DNA of 64,000 nt. Origin: Tolumonas sp. Lineage in GTDB: Bacteria > Pseudomonadota > Gammaproteobacteria > Enterobacterales > Aeromonadaceae. The notes under the pieces are model-generated. The model saw nothing but the letters and a program-made list of their open reading frames with translations, was not told where the DNA came from and made no database searches. Location of the stretch: positions 748 through 64,747 of the forward strand of contig JAJUJX010000015.1 of assembly GCA_029265125.1 (NCBI GenBank), read 5' to 3'. The position numbers and the translations under genes were made by a program. Positions 35,581 through 45,383 of this stretch are shown here, in pieces. Within the stretch, counting starts at the first letter, position 1. Every line of letters begins with the position of its first letter.

Positions 35581-36678
35581 ATGGCCGTATATCGCGAACA
35601 ATCCGCTATGCCAGCGCCGGCGAGCCATACCAGTATTGCAGGCTGGCTGCATAAAAATCTGTTTTCCAGCTGGATAAACGGCATCATCACGCTTGCACTG
35701 CTCTATTTCCTGGTACCTCAGCTTTTGGCATTGGTAGAATGGGCTCTTATTAAAGCCGATTGGCTTGGCAGTAGCCGTGATCAATGTGTCTCTGGTGGAG
35801 CGTGCTGGGTCTTCATTACTAATCGATTGAACCTGTTCATTTATGGTTTCTATCCAGAAAGTGAATACTGGCGTGTGAACTGGGTTTATGCCCTGACAGC
35901 CCTTCAGGTTGCCGCATTGCTGTATCCTAAAACACCGTACAAATCGGCTCTTTCGGGTATATTTTTCATTATTTATCCGCTCGTTGCATTCTATCTGCTC
36001 TATGGCGGAGCGTTCGGACTGGATGTTGTTGAAACCCATAAATGGGGCGGTTTGATGCTGACATTACTGTTGGGTATTGTCGGTACTGTGGCTGCATTAC
36101 CTATCGGTATTTTGCTGGCACTGGGGCGCCGTTCTCAAATGCCGATGATTCGCGCATTGAGTATTGTGTTCATCGAGTTCTGGCGCGCGGTACCGCTTAT
36201 TACCGTGCTTTTCATGGCATCAGTAATGTTACCGCTATTTTTATCCGGTGAAGTCAACATGGATAAATTGTTGCGTGCTATGATCGGCATTATTCTTTTT
36301 GAATCTGCCTATGTTGCGGAAGTTATTCGCGGTGGCTTGCAGGCAATTCCGAAAGGGCAGTATGAAGCAGCAAATGCATTAGGTTTGAACTACTGGAAAT
36401 CAATGGGTCTGATTATCATGCCACAGGCACTGAAACTCACGATCCCTTCTTTGGTAAATACCTTCATTGAGTTGTTTAAAGATACCAGTCTGGTGACGAT
36501 TATCGGGCTTTTCGATTTGCTTGCTGTAGCCAAAGCCGGATTGTCAGATCCTGCATGGTTAGGTTTTTCTACTGAAGCGTATTCCTTTATCGCTTTAGTA
36601 TTCTGGGTTTTCTGTTTTGGTATGTCTCGTTATTCTATGTATTTAGAGAAACTGCTGCATACAGGTCATAAGCGTTGA
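35581..36678 (+). CDS. aapM: Amino-acid ABC transporter permease (AapM/YhdY family)
   Basis: The 365-aa polytopic protein has an EAA loop ([23 protein letters not shown]). It starts 1 nt after the aapQ stop. Confidence 0.8.
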   Translation: MAVYREQSAMPAPASHTSIAGWLHKNLFSSWINGIITLALLYFLVPQLLALVEWALIKADWLGSSRDQCVSGGACWVFITNRLNLFIYGFYPESEYWRVNWVYALTALQVAALLYPKTPYKSALSGIFFIIYPLVAFYLLYGGAFGLDVVETHKWGGLMLTLLLGIVGTVAALPIGILLALGRRSQMPMIRALSIVFIEFWRAVPLITVLFMASVMLPLFLSGEVNMDKLLRAMIGIILFESAYVAEVIRGGLQAIPKGQYEAANALGLNYWKSMGLIIMPQALKLTIPSLVNTFIELFKDTSLVTIIGLFDLLAVAKAGLSDPAWLGFSTEAYSFIALVFWVFCFGMSRYSMYLEKLLHTGHKR

Positions 36679-36688
36679 GGACATGTTG

Positions 36689-37441
36689 ATGAGTATCGCT
36701 AAGAATGAAATTGTTGTTGAACTGAATGACGTCAACAAATGGTACGGTGAATTCCATGTTCTCAAGAATGTGTGTTTGCGCGTGGCAAAAGGCGAAAAGA
36801 TTGTAGTCTGTGGTCCGTCTGGTTCTGGTAAATCAACCATGATCCGCTGCATCAACCGTCTGGAAGAACATCAGCAGGGTGACATCATTGTTAAGGGTAC
36901 ACCACTGACCAATGATCTTAAAAATATCGAACACGTTCGTCGTGATGTCGGCATGGTGTTCCAGCACTTTAACCTGTTTCCGCATCTGACGGTGCTGGAA
37001 AACTGCTGCCTGGCTCCAATGTGGGTTCGTAAGATCCCACGTAAAGAGGCGGAAGCTACAGCAATGAAATATCTGGAACGTGTACATATTCCTGATCAGG
37101 CGTTGAAATATCCGGGCCAGCTTTCGGGTGGTCAACAGCAGCGTGTGGCTATTGCCCGCAGTCTGTGTATGAACCCTGAAATTATGCTTTTCGATGAACC
37201 GACTTCAGCTCTCGATCCGGAAATGGTGAGTGAAGTGCTGGACGTTATGGTTGAGCTGGCAAAAGAAGGGATGACTATGCTGTGTGTAACGCATGAAATG
37301 AACTTTGCCCGTAAAGTCGCTGATCGTGTGATTTTCATGGATAAAGGTCAGATCGTGGAAGAAAACACACCTGAAGAATTCTTCAATAACCCACAATCAG
37401 AGCGTGGCCGAGTGTTCCTTAGTCAGATCCTGCAACACTGA
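36689..37441 (+). CDS. aapP: Amino-acid ABC transporter ATP-binding protein (AapP/YhdZ family)
   Basis: It has Walker [10 protein letters not shown], the signature [13 protein letters not shown] and Walker [13 protein letters not shown] prefer the second ATG (36689) because of its GAGGA spacing. Confidence 0.88.
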   Translation: MSIAKNEIVVELNDVNKWYGEFHVLKNVCLRVAKGEKIVVCGPSGSGKSTMIRCINRLEEHQQGDIIVKGTPLTNDLKNIEHVRRDVGMVFQHFNLFPHLTVLENCCLAPMWVRKIPRKEAEATAMKYLERVHIPDQALKYPGQLSGGQQQRVAIARSLCMNPEIMLFDEPTSALDPEMVSEVLDVMVELAKEGMTMLCVTHEMNFARKVADRVIFMDKGQIVEENTPEEFFNNPQSERGRVFLSQILQH

Positions 37442-37459
37442 TTCGCTTATTTTAATGAA

Positions 37460-37483
37460 GAGGCCGCCAAATTTGGCGGCCTC
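37460..37483. terminator. Terminator between aapP and btuR
   Basis: GAGGCCGCCAAatTTGGCGGCCTC followed by aattttgattttt. Confidence 0.8.
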
Positions 37484-37518
37484 AATTTTGATTTTTCAAA
37501 TGGTAACTATGTTGAATA

Positions 37519-38118
37519 TTACCAGTCGATCCCTTTTTGGGCTTTTATGCCGTTATCAAAGGCATGTTTAATATTTCTGATTTCACTGACGGTATCAGCC
37601 AGTTCCAATAATGTACGATGGCAGCCCCGGCCAGTGATAATAACATGCTGTTTAGACGGGCGCTGAGTCAGTGCATTGACCACATCATCAAGCTCTATGT
37701 AGTGGTAGGCAACCATATACGTCAGTTCATCCAGCAAAATTACATCATATTGGTCAGAAGCCAGCATGCGTTTTGCTTCTTGCCAGACCTGCTGTGCGGC
37801 TTCACGATCCTTTTCTTTATTCTGGGTTTCCCAGGTAAAGCCCGTCGCCATAACGTGAAATTCTACGCCGGCTTTTTGCAATAAAATACGTTCACCACAT
37901 TCCCAGGTGCCTTTAATAAACTGAACAACACCTGCATGCAGGCCATGACCTGTTGCTCGCGCTATGGTTCCAAAGCCAGAGGTGCTTTTCCCTTTTCCAT
38001 CACCGGTGATGACAATCAGCAGGCCTCGTTCATCTTGTGCAGCGGCAATTCGTGCATCGACCTTTTCTTTGATTCGCTGCTGGCGGGCCTGATGGCGATC
38101 CTGATTGTTAGTTTCCAT
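37519..38118 (-). CDS. btuR: Cob(I)yrinic acid a,c-diamide / cobalamin adenosyltransferase
   Basis: The 199-aa product is colinear with E. coli BtuR (G.GKGK.T..FG...RA.GHG...GVVQFIKGTW..GER ... LDELTYMVAY.Y ... ITGRGCHR..L.LADTVSE....KHAFD.G.KAQ.GID). Confidence 0.92.
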   Translation of the reverse strand: METNNQDRHQARQQRIKEKVDARIAAAQDERGLLIVITGDGKGKSTSGFGTIARATGHGLHAGVVQFIKGTWECGERILLQKAGVEFHVMATGFTWETQNKEKDREAAQQVWQEAKRMLASDQYDVILLDELTYMVAYHYIELDDVVNALTQRPSKQHVIITGRGCHRTLLELADTVSEIRNIKHAFDNGIKAQKGIDW

Positions 38119-38132
38119 TCACTTAACCTTTG

Positions 38133-38762
38133 TCAGATTGCGGGAGAGGGGCGACCAATAAACCGGATCTGAGGATAAATTTTATCTTCATTGTAGAGGA
38201 TCTGGATCCGGGTGATTGAGCCGTAATCTATTCGTAGTTGCTGGTAATAAGCAGCCGATTGCCAATCTACGCACAATAGCTGGCCAAGGATCATTCTGAT
38301 CACTCCGGCATGAGTGACTACCAGCGTCTGTGATCCTCTGCATTGCTGTAGCAACAGCAGCCATCCCTGATTAACTCGCTCTTTAAAAACAGCCAGCGAT
38401 TCGCCACCCGGAGGTGTTATCAGTGCGGGTGTTTGCCAGAAGGCTTCCAGTTCGGCCCAGCGATCCTGTAATTGGTCAAATGTGCGCCCATCCCATTCAC
38501 CAAAGTTCATTTCCTGCAACAGTGGTTCAGTGTGTAGCTGTAATGTGTGGCGACGGCTGTAATCTTTAGCAAAGCGAAGACATCGCTGAAGCGGTGAACT
38601 GACTACTTGCTGATATTGCAAATCCACATTCACCGATTGCTGCATTTGTTGCCAGCCACTCTCACTGACAGGAATATCAGTATGACCATAAAGACCGGGA
38701 TCACCAGCGATGGTTCCGTGTCTTAGCAGGTCGATGATAGCGCGCTGATAATGTGTATTCAT
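38133..38762 (-). CDS. cobC: Alpha-ribazole phosphatase / histidine phosphatase family
   Basis: It has the RHG motif (IDLLRHGT) and a later VVTHAGVIR. The start is uncertain (ATG at 38762 or 38792, or TTG at 38798). Confidence 0.7.
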   Translation of the reverse strand: MNTHYQRAIIDLLRHGTIAGDPGLYGHTDIPVSESGWQQMQQSVNVDLQYQQVVSSPLQRCLRFAKDYSRRHTLQLHTEPLLQEMNFGEWDGRTFDQLQDRWAELEAFWQTPALITPPGGESLAVFKERVNQGWLLLLQQCRGSQTLVVTHAGVIRMILGQLLCVDWQSAAYYQQLRIDYGSITRIQILYNEDKIYPQIRFIGRPSPAI

Positions 38763-38772
38763 GGCGGTATGA

Positions 38773-39804
38773 TTACAGGGTGACTCCGGCATCTTCAAAA
38801 CTGGCCATGTTGTTATAAAACTCTGCGGCAGACCGCAATAATGGCAATGCTACAGCCGCTCCGGTACCTTCACCCAGACGAAGCCCCAAATGGAGTAAAG
38901 GGGTGGCATTGAGTGCTTCCAGCATGGTTTTATGGCCTTGTTCACCAGAGCAATGTGCAAACATCATATAATCACGGCTGGCCGGAGCAATTTTTGTGGC
39001 CAACATGGCTGCAGATGTAATGATAAAACCATCGATCAGAATGCTTATCCCTGCTTCAGCTGCTCCCAGAATAGCCCCGGTGATTTGGGCAATTTCAAAT
39101 CCGCCAACTTCCCGCAGGATATTCAATGGCGCTTTGTTTTCTCCGATACGGCGCAGAGCCGCTTCTACAATGGTCGTTTTATGTTTCAGCTGTGCATCGC
39201 TGATACCGGTACCGCGGCCGACACATTCTGATGCGGATTTGTTAAGCAATGAAGCCATGATGCAGGATGCCGGGGTTGTATTGGCTATCCCCATCTCTCC
39301 AAATGCCAGCAGGTTGCAACCTTCAGCCGCGAGCTGTTTTGCCAGCTTACGACCGTAGTTCAGTGATTGAAGCACTTCTTCTTCAGTCATTGCCGCTTCG
39401 TGAGCCAGATTGCGAGTTCCTGGACCAATGCGCTGAACAATCAGGCGTTCATCATCAATCGGTGTTTTGATGCCGGTATCCACGACCTTTAACTCCATGT
39501 CATTCGCACGGCAGAAACAGTTAATGGCCGCACCTCCGGCGAGGAAGTTAAGCACCATCTGGCGGGTAACTTCACTGCTGGTCAGACTGATTTTTTCATC
39601 AGCCACTCCATGATCACCGGCAAAAACCAGCATAGTTGGGTTATCAATTGAAATTTTATTTTGCTGTTGGATCAGTGCTAATTGATGCGCTGTTTGCTCC
39701 AGAATGCCCAATGCTCCCAGCGGTTTGGTTTTCATATTGATTTTATGCTGGACCGCATCGCTGTTATGTCGCGGCGTAGGCTTGATATTCCATGACGTGC
39801 TCAT
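38773..39804 (-). CDS. cobT: Nicotinate-nucleotide--dimethylbenzimidazole phosphoribosyltransferase
   Basis: KPLGALG.LE..A.QLA..Q ... FAGDHGV ... GGAAIN ... DTGI ... GEMGIANTT ... GG.E.A...GA ... DGFI..AA ... H.S.E.GH are CobT hallmarks. The ATG at 39804 has an AAGGA RBS. Confidence 0.88.
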   Translation of the reverse strand: MSTSWNIKPTPRHNSDAVQHKINMKTKPLGALGILEQTAHQLALIQQQNKISIDNPTMLVFAGDHGVADEKISLTSSEVTRQMVLNFLAGGAAINCFCRANDMELKVVDTGIKTPIDDERLIVQRIGPGTRNLAHEAAMTEEEVLQSLNYGRKLAKQLAAEGCNLLAFGEMGIANTTPASCIMASLLNKSASECVGRGTGISDAQLKHKTTIVEAALRRIGENKAPLNILREVGGFEIAQITGAILGAAEAGISILIDGFIITSAAMLATKIAPASRDYMMFAHCSGEQGHKTMLEALNATPLLHLGLRLGEGTGAAVALPLLRSAAEFYNNMASFEDAGVTL

Positions 39805-39844
39805 GTGTTTTCCTTTTAAATATTGTGTAAACCAGTACAAAACG

Positions 39845-39866
39845 AACGCAGGCTGATGCCTGCGTT
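39845..39866 (-). terminator. Hairpin immediately after rlmI and 40 nt before the cobT start
   Basis: AACGCAGGctgatgCCTGCGTT. On the minus strand it is followed by CGTTTTGT. Confidence 0.6.
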
Positions 39867-39878
39867 AATCGGTGTTTA

Positions 39879-41072
39879 TTATATTGCCCGGACAACTAAT
39901 CCTTTCAGGTAGAAACCTTCTGGATAGGGTGTCGCAATCGGGTGGTCTGCTGCTTGTGTCATCCGTTCCAGGATCTGAGCCTCACGACCAGCATCAAGCG
40001 CAGCATCTGCTACAATTTTTTGGAACAAATCAGCGGTCATCAGGCCAGAACAAGAGAATGTCAGCAGAATGCCTTCAGGGCTCAGCAGCTGGAAAGCCAA
40101 CAGGTTGATGTCTTTATAGCCTCGGCAAGCCCCATCCAGTTGCGCTTTGCTTTCTGCAAACTTCGGTGGGTCCAGTACGATCATGTCGAATTTTTCGCCG
40201 CGTTCGCGGTATTCCCGCAGCAGCTTGAATACATCTTGTTTTTCAAAACGGGCACGGGACAAATCGAGTTGATTTAACGTGGCATTGTGTCTCGCCAGTT
40301 CAAGAGCTGGCTCTGATACATCGACGTTAATGACTTCTTTTGCTCCACCATGCAGAGCATATACACCAAAACCACCGGTATAGCAGAAACAGTTCAGTAC
40401 ACGGCGATCCTGCGCATATTTTCCGGCAATAGCCCGGTTATCACGCTGGTCCAGATAGAATCCTGTTTTATGACCGCTTTTGATATCAACGCTGATCTTT
40501 ATACCGTTATTTTCTTCGATTATGACTTCATCTGGCGGAACTTCGCCATATAACAGACCGGTACGTTCAGCCAGACCTTCTTTCTTACGTACGGCTACAT
40601 CAGAGCGTTCATAAATAGAACAAGTTGGGTAGAGTTGCTGCAAAGCGTTGATTAATTCATGACGGTGGTATTCGGCACCGCTGGACAGCAACTGGCACAC
40701 CAGATAGTCGTTATAACGATCAATAGTGATACCTGGCAGCAGGTCTGATTCGGCTGCAACCAAGCGGTAGGCCGATAATTGCAGACGGGAAATTAACAGT
40801 TCCCGGCCACGCTGAGCCTGTTGCAGACGACGGACGAAAAACTCGGTATCAATTTGCTCATTCTGATCAAAGGTCCAGACTCTCAGACGGATCTGTGAAT
40901 CTGGAGACCATGCACCCCGAGCCAGCCATTTGCCGCGATGATCAACGATATCGACAGCTTCACCTGCGTGTGGTTTGCCTTTAACTTTGTCGATTGCTTT
41001 GGAAAAAATCCATGGGTGACGTCTAAGCAGGGATTTTTCCCGATCTTTTTGCAGAAAAACGGTAGTGCTCAT
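39879..41072 (-). CDS. rlmI: 23S rRNA m5C1962 methyltransferase
   Basis: [24 protein letters not shown] matches the E. coli RlmI N-terminus, and a SAM-MTase core is present. The listed 20-aa N-terminal extension would run through the upstream gene's terminator. Confidence 0.9.
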   Translation of the reverse strand: MSTTVFLQKDREKSLLRRHPWIFSKAIDKVKGKPHAGEAVDIVDHRGKWLARGAWSPDSQIRLRVWTFDQNEQIDTEFFVRRLQQAQRGRELLISRLQLSAYRLVAAESDLLPGITIDRYNDYLVCQLLSSGAEYHRHELINALQQLYPTCSIYERSDVAVRKKEGLAERTGLLYGEVPPDEVIIEENNGIKISVDIKSGHKTGFYLDQRDNRAIAGKYAQDRRVLNCFCYTGGFGVYALHGGAKEVINVDVSEPALELARHNATLNQLDLSRARFEKQDVFKLLREYRERGEKFDMIVLDPPKFAESKAQLDGACRGYKDINLLAFQLLSPEGILLTFSCSGLMTADLFQKIVADAALDAGREAQILERMTQAADHPIATPYPEGFYLKGLVVRAI

Positions 41073-41085
41073 AGGAGGCTCTGGT

Positions 41086-41120
41086 AAAAAAACAGGGCCA
41101 GTATTGTAGCTGGCCCTGTT
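41086..41120 (-). terminator. Rho-independent terminator of the MCP gene
   Basis: On the minus strand it reads AACAGGGCCAGctacaataCTGGCCCTGTT followed by TTTTTTT. Confidence 0.85.
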
Positions 41121-41149
41121 TTGAAACTCCAATGATCACGAGGGATTCA

Positions 41150-42367
41150 CTATTTAAAGCGCATACCCTGCATCATCTGTGACAGTTCTTTCGCGGTGAC
41201 CAACAGGTTTTCTGTACCGGCAAGCGTATTTGCGGAGTTATCTTCGATATTGACGGATTGATTACGGACTTCATCAATACTTTGCGCTACTTCACCGGCA
41301 ACAGCACTCTGTTGTTCTGCTGAGGTGGCGATGTGGGCACTCATCTCGAAGATAGATTCGCTGTGAGTTGCAATACGGTCGATATCTGAACCTACGGCAG
41401 TAATGAGTTCACGGCTATCTGCTGCCTGAACCACGGTTTTTTCCATGATATCGTTCAGAGCTTCAGTGCCGGCTTGTAACTCTTCGATCATTTTCTGAAT
41501 TTCAACAGTGGCTTGTTGAGTACGGCCTGCCAGCGTCCGGACTTCATCCGCTACTACCGCAAAACCGCGACCTTGTTCGCCTGCACGGGCTGCCTCAATG
41601 GCTGCGTTTAATGCCAGTAGGTTGGTTTGGCCTGAAATTGCATTGATAACAGTAACGACTTCACTGATCTTGTTTGCTCGAGAGGTCAGGTGTTCTACTG
41701 CACTGGATGCCTGGCTGATTTCATCAGTCAGTACATTGATGGAGCTGATTGTGCGTTGTACACGGTTTGCACCATGAGAAGCTTCTTCACTGGTCTGACG
41801 CGTTTGTGTGGAGGTTTCATTAGCGTTATGGGCCACTTCACGGATCGCTGCGGTCATCTCTTCCATAGCTGTTGCCAGTGAATCAATGTACTGGCGTTGA
41901 TTACGAGCCAGTTCTTCGCCTTCTTCTGCGGCGGAACGGAATTCTTCTGCGAATAACTCCAGACCGTCAGCACTTTCATTGATTAGTTTCAATACACTCT
42001 GACGACGATCAGTCATGGTGTCGATGTCGCGGGCCAGTTGGCCAAATTCGTCACGATTCACAGGAATATTCAGACGAGTCGTCAGGTCACCATCAGCGAC
42101 AGATCGAACTCCTTTGCGGATCATATCGATTGAGTGTGTGAAAAAGCTGTTCAGATAAAAACTGACTACAGCAAAAATAGAGATAGATAAAACCAGTATG
42201 GTCAGTACATAAGGATCAGACAGGCTCAGGTCACTACTGTGGGCAACCAGAAACCAGGTAATGCCGAAAATCATCAGTAGAGGAAGCCAGAAAATAATCT
42301 GGAATTTCTCTTTGATGGTTAGTCCGAGCAGGAAACGGTAAATACGAAGATAATCAACATTTTTCAT
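41150..42367 (-). CDS. Methyl-accepting chemotaxis protein with a minimal sensor (TM hairpin, HAMP, signalling domain)
   Basis: It has the highly conserved MA-domain core ([40 protein letters not shown]). I set the start at the ATG at 42367 (MKNVDYL...) because a sigma-28-like promoter lies inside the longer listed ORF. Confidence 0.88.
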   Translation of the reverse strand: MKNVDYLRIYRFLLGLTIKEKFQIIFWLPLLMIFGITWFLVAHSSDLSLSDPYVLTILVLSISIFAVVSFYLNSFFTHSIDMIRKGVRSVADGDLTTRLNIPVNRDEFGQLARDIDTMTDRRQSVLKLINESADGLELFAEEFRSAAEEGEELARNQRQYIDSLATAMEEMTAAIREVAHNANETSTQTRQTSEEASHGANRVQRTISSINVLTDEISQASSAVEHLTSRANKISEVVTVINAISGQTNLLALNAAIEAARAGEQGRGFAVVADEVRTLAGRTQQATVEIQKMIEELQAGTEALNDIMEKTVVQAADSRELITAVGSDIDRIATHSESIFEMSAHIATSAEQQSAVAGEVAQSIDEVRNQSVNIEDNSANTLAGTENLLVTAKELSQMMQGMRFK

Positions 42368-42411
42368 AGCAACAGATCCAATGAAAGAAGAAAGCGTTAC
42401 GGATTGTATTG

Positions 42412-42438
42412 TTTTCGGCATACATCCCAAGACACTTA
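42412..42438 (-). promoter_or_regulatory. Sigma-28 (FliA)-type promoter for the MCP gene
   Basis: The minus strand reads TAAG-N15-GCCGAAAA versus the consensus TAAA-N15-GCCGATAA, 45 nt upstream of the ATG at 42367. Confidence 0.5.
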
Positions 42439-42613
42439 GTCCAAAATAGCGATCTGCATTGAAAAATCTTATAAAAGAAGATTCAAATGAAAGCTGTATT
42501 CTGTTCTAACTAATCCGGAACCAGGAACTGCATGACGAACAGAGCTATCTCACTCCTCAATCATAGACAACATTCAGGTGTTATGTCAGTGAATTTCATA
42601 TGAATATCCTTTT

Positions 42614-44290
42614 TCAGTCTTTTCCACTGCGCCAGATAGATATTAATACCCAGACTCCACCACTGGCAGCAGCGATGAAACCTAGCAATCCCAACGTGGA
42701 TAATCCTGACGATGAATTACTTTCAGCGTTATGAACAATGGCAGAGCCGATAATCAGGGCCGCAGTTATTACGCTGAGTGCTAACCGGCTGGCAGCTCGG
42801 TCAATTTTGTCACTGAAGTGTTTAAGCGGAAGCAGTTCGACCTGCAGCTGAATTTTTCCCCGGCGGGCGATACGAAGTAAACGACTTAGATCTTTGGGAA
42901 GGCTGGTGATCAGGCTGACCGAATCAAGCAGTGCCCGCCATCCCCGCTTGGCTAGGGCATCAGGTGCCGTGTGAGCTTTCATTGCCTGTTTTATCATAGG
43001 CGATGAAGATTTCATCATATCAAATGCCGGATTGAGTTGCCGTCCTAACCCTTCCAGGGTGATAAATGCTTTGATTAACAACGCAAGATCGGGCGGTAGA
43101 GTTAACCCGTGATCGCGGAGAATAGCGAGCAGTTCTGACAGCATGCGGGCAATATCGATTTTTCTAAGTTGAACGCCATGGTATTGATCAACGAAGGCAT
43201 CAATTTCATTTTGCAGTACGCTGCTGTCGGCATCGGTGTTGTCACTCCAGTCGAGGAGTATTTCAGACACGATTTCTGCGTCATGACTGACTAGCCCATG
43301 TAATAAGATGGCTATCTGGTAACGCCGTTCTTCGGAGATCCGGCCAACCATACCAAAATCAATAAAGGCAATCTGGTTGTCGGGAAGGAAATAAATATTG
43401 CCCGGGTGCAGATCTGCGTGGAAAAAACCGTCTTCCAGGATCATCTTGAGGACAGCATCAGAACCCCGTTGCGCCAGTAAGACGCGATCTAAACCCGAGG
43501 CATCCAGCGCTGCTGTATCTCTGCCGGGAATACCGTCAATATAGTCTTGCACATTAAGTCGTTCACATGTCCATTCCCAATAGATGCGAGGAATAACAAT
43601 GTCAGCCTGGGCTTCGAAGTTAGCCGCAATGCGTTCGGCACTGCGCCCTTCGGCAGAAAAATCCAGCTCACGTCTCAGTGATAAGGTGAATTGACGAACT
43701 ACCTCTTTGGGGCGGTATCGTCGTAGGTCAGGGGCTTCAGATTCGACGATTTCGGCGAGCCGTTTAAGCAATCGTAGATCAGCTTCAACTAATGGCCGTA
43801 TGCCGGGCCGACGAATTTTAAGTACCACCGGAGTTCCGTCAGACAGCCATGCCCGGTGCACTTGAGCGAGTGATGCCGCGGCAAGTGCCTGGGTTTCCAG
43901 ACGTGGGAAGATATTTTCCGGCGGTTCGCCCAAATCTTCTGTTAGCTGTGCGCGTAATTCTGAAAAAGGCAGTGCGATAGCGGAATCCTGCAGTTTACTG
44001 AATTCGGTAATCCATTCGGGAGAGAACAGGTCAACACGGGTAGAGAGGATTTGCCCCAGCTTGACGAAGCTTGGCCCTAGTTCTTCCAGCACTCGCCTGA
44101 CCCGGGCGGGGGGCTCCAGCCGCGCGAGTTCGTCAGAGACATGCCAGTGCAATGCACGTCCTGTGCGCTCCAGCACGCCCGCCAGACCTGTTCGGCGTAC
44201 CAGATCGCCGAATCCATAACGGATCAGGACGGCTGCGATATCATGAAGACGCCCAAGATCGCGGACTGCGCTGATCGCTTGCCACAGCAT
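42614..44290 (-). CDS. ABC1/UbiB-family atypical protein kinase with a C-terminal TM anchor
   Basis: The 558-aa product has the ABC1 N-terminal motif LGPSFVKLGQILSTRVDL.. and a kinase-like core (HADLHPGNI, IDFGMVG), followed by two C-terminal TM helices. It is not next to ubiE or ubiJ, so it is probably a paralogue rather than ubiB itself. Confidence 0.8.
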   Translation of the reverse strand: MLWQAISAVRDLGRLHDIAAVLIRYGFGDLVRRTGLAGVLERTGRALHWHVSDELARLEPPARVRRVLEELGPSFVKLGQILSTRVDLFSPEWITEFSKLQDSAIALPFSELRAQLTEDLGEPPENIFPRLETQALAAASLAQVHRAWLSDGTPVVLKIRRPGIRPLVEADLRLLKRLAEIVESEAPDLRRYRPKEVVRQFTLSLRRELDFSAEGRSAERIAANFEAQADIVIPRIYWEWTCERLNVQDYIDGIPGRDTAALDASGLDRVLLAQRGSDAVLKMILEDGFFHADLHPGNIYFLPDNQIAFIDFGMVGRISEERRYQIAILLHGLVSHDAEIVSEILLDWSDNTDADSSVLQNEIDAFVDQYHGVQLRKIDIARMLSELLAILRDHGLTLPPDLALLIKAFITLEGLGRQLNPAFDMMKSSSPMIKQAMKAHTAPDALAKRGWRALLDSVSLITSLPKDLSRLLRIARRGKIQLQVELLPLKHFSDKIDRAASRLALSVITAALIIGSAIVHNAESNSSSGLSTLGLLGFIAAASGGVWVLISIWRSGKD

Positions 44291-45168
44291 CAGTCACTCC
44301 TGTCAGATGGGGGTGATGGTTTCTTGTGTAACGTGCTTTGTAATTTAGCACTGATCCCGCTTAATACCCCGGTAGCAAGGCTGGCCAATAATGCACTTTC
44401 TTTACGCAATGTCTGAGCGCTGACTGTCGCTTTTTCTTTTGTGGTATCACTCAGGGCATGAGCTAACTGCAACAAGGCCGCTTCAGCTTGCGCGCCAACG
44501 GATGTACCACTTTCCCGTGCATGCTCTGCCAGATCATGCAGAATAGTGCGTGTTGTTCCACTGGCATTTTGAGCCGCATTACTGAGTGTTTCGATTAGCA
44601 GAGATTCAATTGTCGTTAGGTCATCAAGTGTCTTTCTGAGTCCTAGCTGGGAAAATTCTGTACTACGGGACGATGCTTCCTGAATAGCCAGCTGGGTAGC
44701 TTCCGCCGCTGCGGTGAGCGCATTATCGAGGCCATGAATGGCTTCTTTCAGCGAAGCTGGATCCTGATGGGTGGCGGCGCCTTGTTTTGCACCTTCAATG
44801 ACCGCTGACATGACTCGCTTGAGTATTGCATGGTCGAGAGGTTTTCCAGAGAGGGTATTGAGTGTGATTGCCCGGACCTGTTCAGAAACAGAATCAGTAT
44901 CATTTTCCAGTACTGCCCGCACTAATTGCTCTAGTTCATGGGTAATATCGGAGTCTGGCTGGTTGCTGGCTTTGTTTCGCAACCGCTGGTCAACCTCGGC
45001 TTCAGCTGCGATCCAGTCTTCGTCTACATGTCCATCGGTAAAGCCGCGTTTTTCGGCCCTGAAATAAGCGGCCTCAGCGATCATCTGATAGCGTTCTTTC
45101 GCTGATACAGGGCTAGTGCTACCGATGTCTTGATCTTTTTCCGCAGTACCGGATTTTGGCTTACGCAT
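44290..45168 (-). CDS. DUF2934-domain protein with a long helical C-terminal region
   Basis: The N-terminal motif ERYQMIAEAAYFRAEKRGF..G....DW..AE is DUF2934-like, and the rest is Ala/Leu-rich helical. Its stop (TGA) shares one nt with the ATG of the ABC1 kinase gene. I prefer the ATG at 45168, 8 nt after AGGAG. Confidence 0.65.
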   Translation of the reverse strand: MRKPKSGTAEKDQDIGSTSPVSAKERYQMIAEAAYFRAEKRGFTDGHVDEDWIAAEAEVDQRLRNKASNQPDSDITHELEQLVRAVLENDTDSVSEQVRAITLNTLSGKPLDHAILKRVMSAVIEGAKQGAATHQDPASLKEAIHGLDNALTAAAEATQLAIQEASSRSTEFSQLGLRKTLDDLTTIESLLIETLSNAAQNASGTTRTILHDLAEHARESGTSVGAQAEAALLQLAHALSDTTKEKATVSAQTLRKESALLASLATGVLSGISAKLQSTLHKKPSPPSDRSD

Positions 45169-45325
45169 GATCATTTCTCCTGACAGACGCAACTCAATGA
45201 AAGCTTAATAAAATTCTAGTTGTCATGATCCGACACAGCAAATTTCACTCTTCAGATACTGGCCGGCTGCCACAAATATCAGCAATCGATAAGGCGGTGT
45301 CACGGCAGGTTTTTTAACTCATTAA

Positions 45326-45354
45326 TTGATAGTAATTATCAAAATCATTATCAT
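45326..45354 (+). promoter_or_regulatory. fhuC promoter (TTGATA-17-TATCAT) overlapped by a Fur box
   Basis: AATTATCAAAATCATTATC matches 15/19 positions of GATAATGATAATCATTATC and overlaps the -10 element and spacer. Confidence 0.7.
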
Positions 45355-45383
45355 TCTTCATTGGTGAGTGTGAAGGTGCTGAT

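Noticed and set aside
35515-36039. A 174-aa ORF antisense to aapQ/aapM; similar antisense ORFs occur in aapP, btuR and cobT.
   Set aside because: These are shadows of conserved transporter and cob reading frames.
41073-41132. The 20-codon N-terminal extension of rlmI given by the longest ORF.
   Set aside because: The extension runs through the MCP terminator hairpin, and alignment with E. coli RlmI starts at MSTTV (41072).
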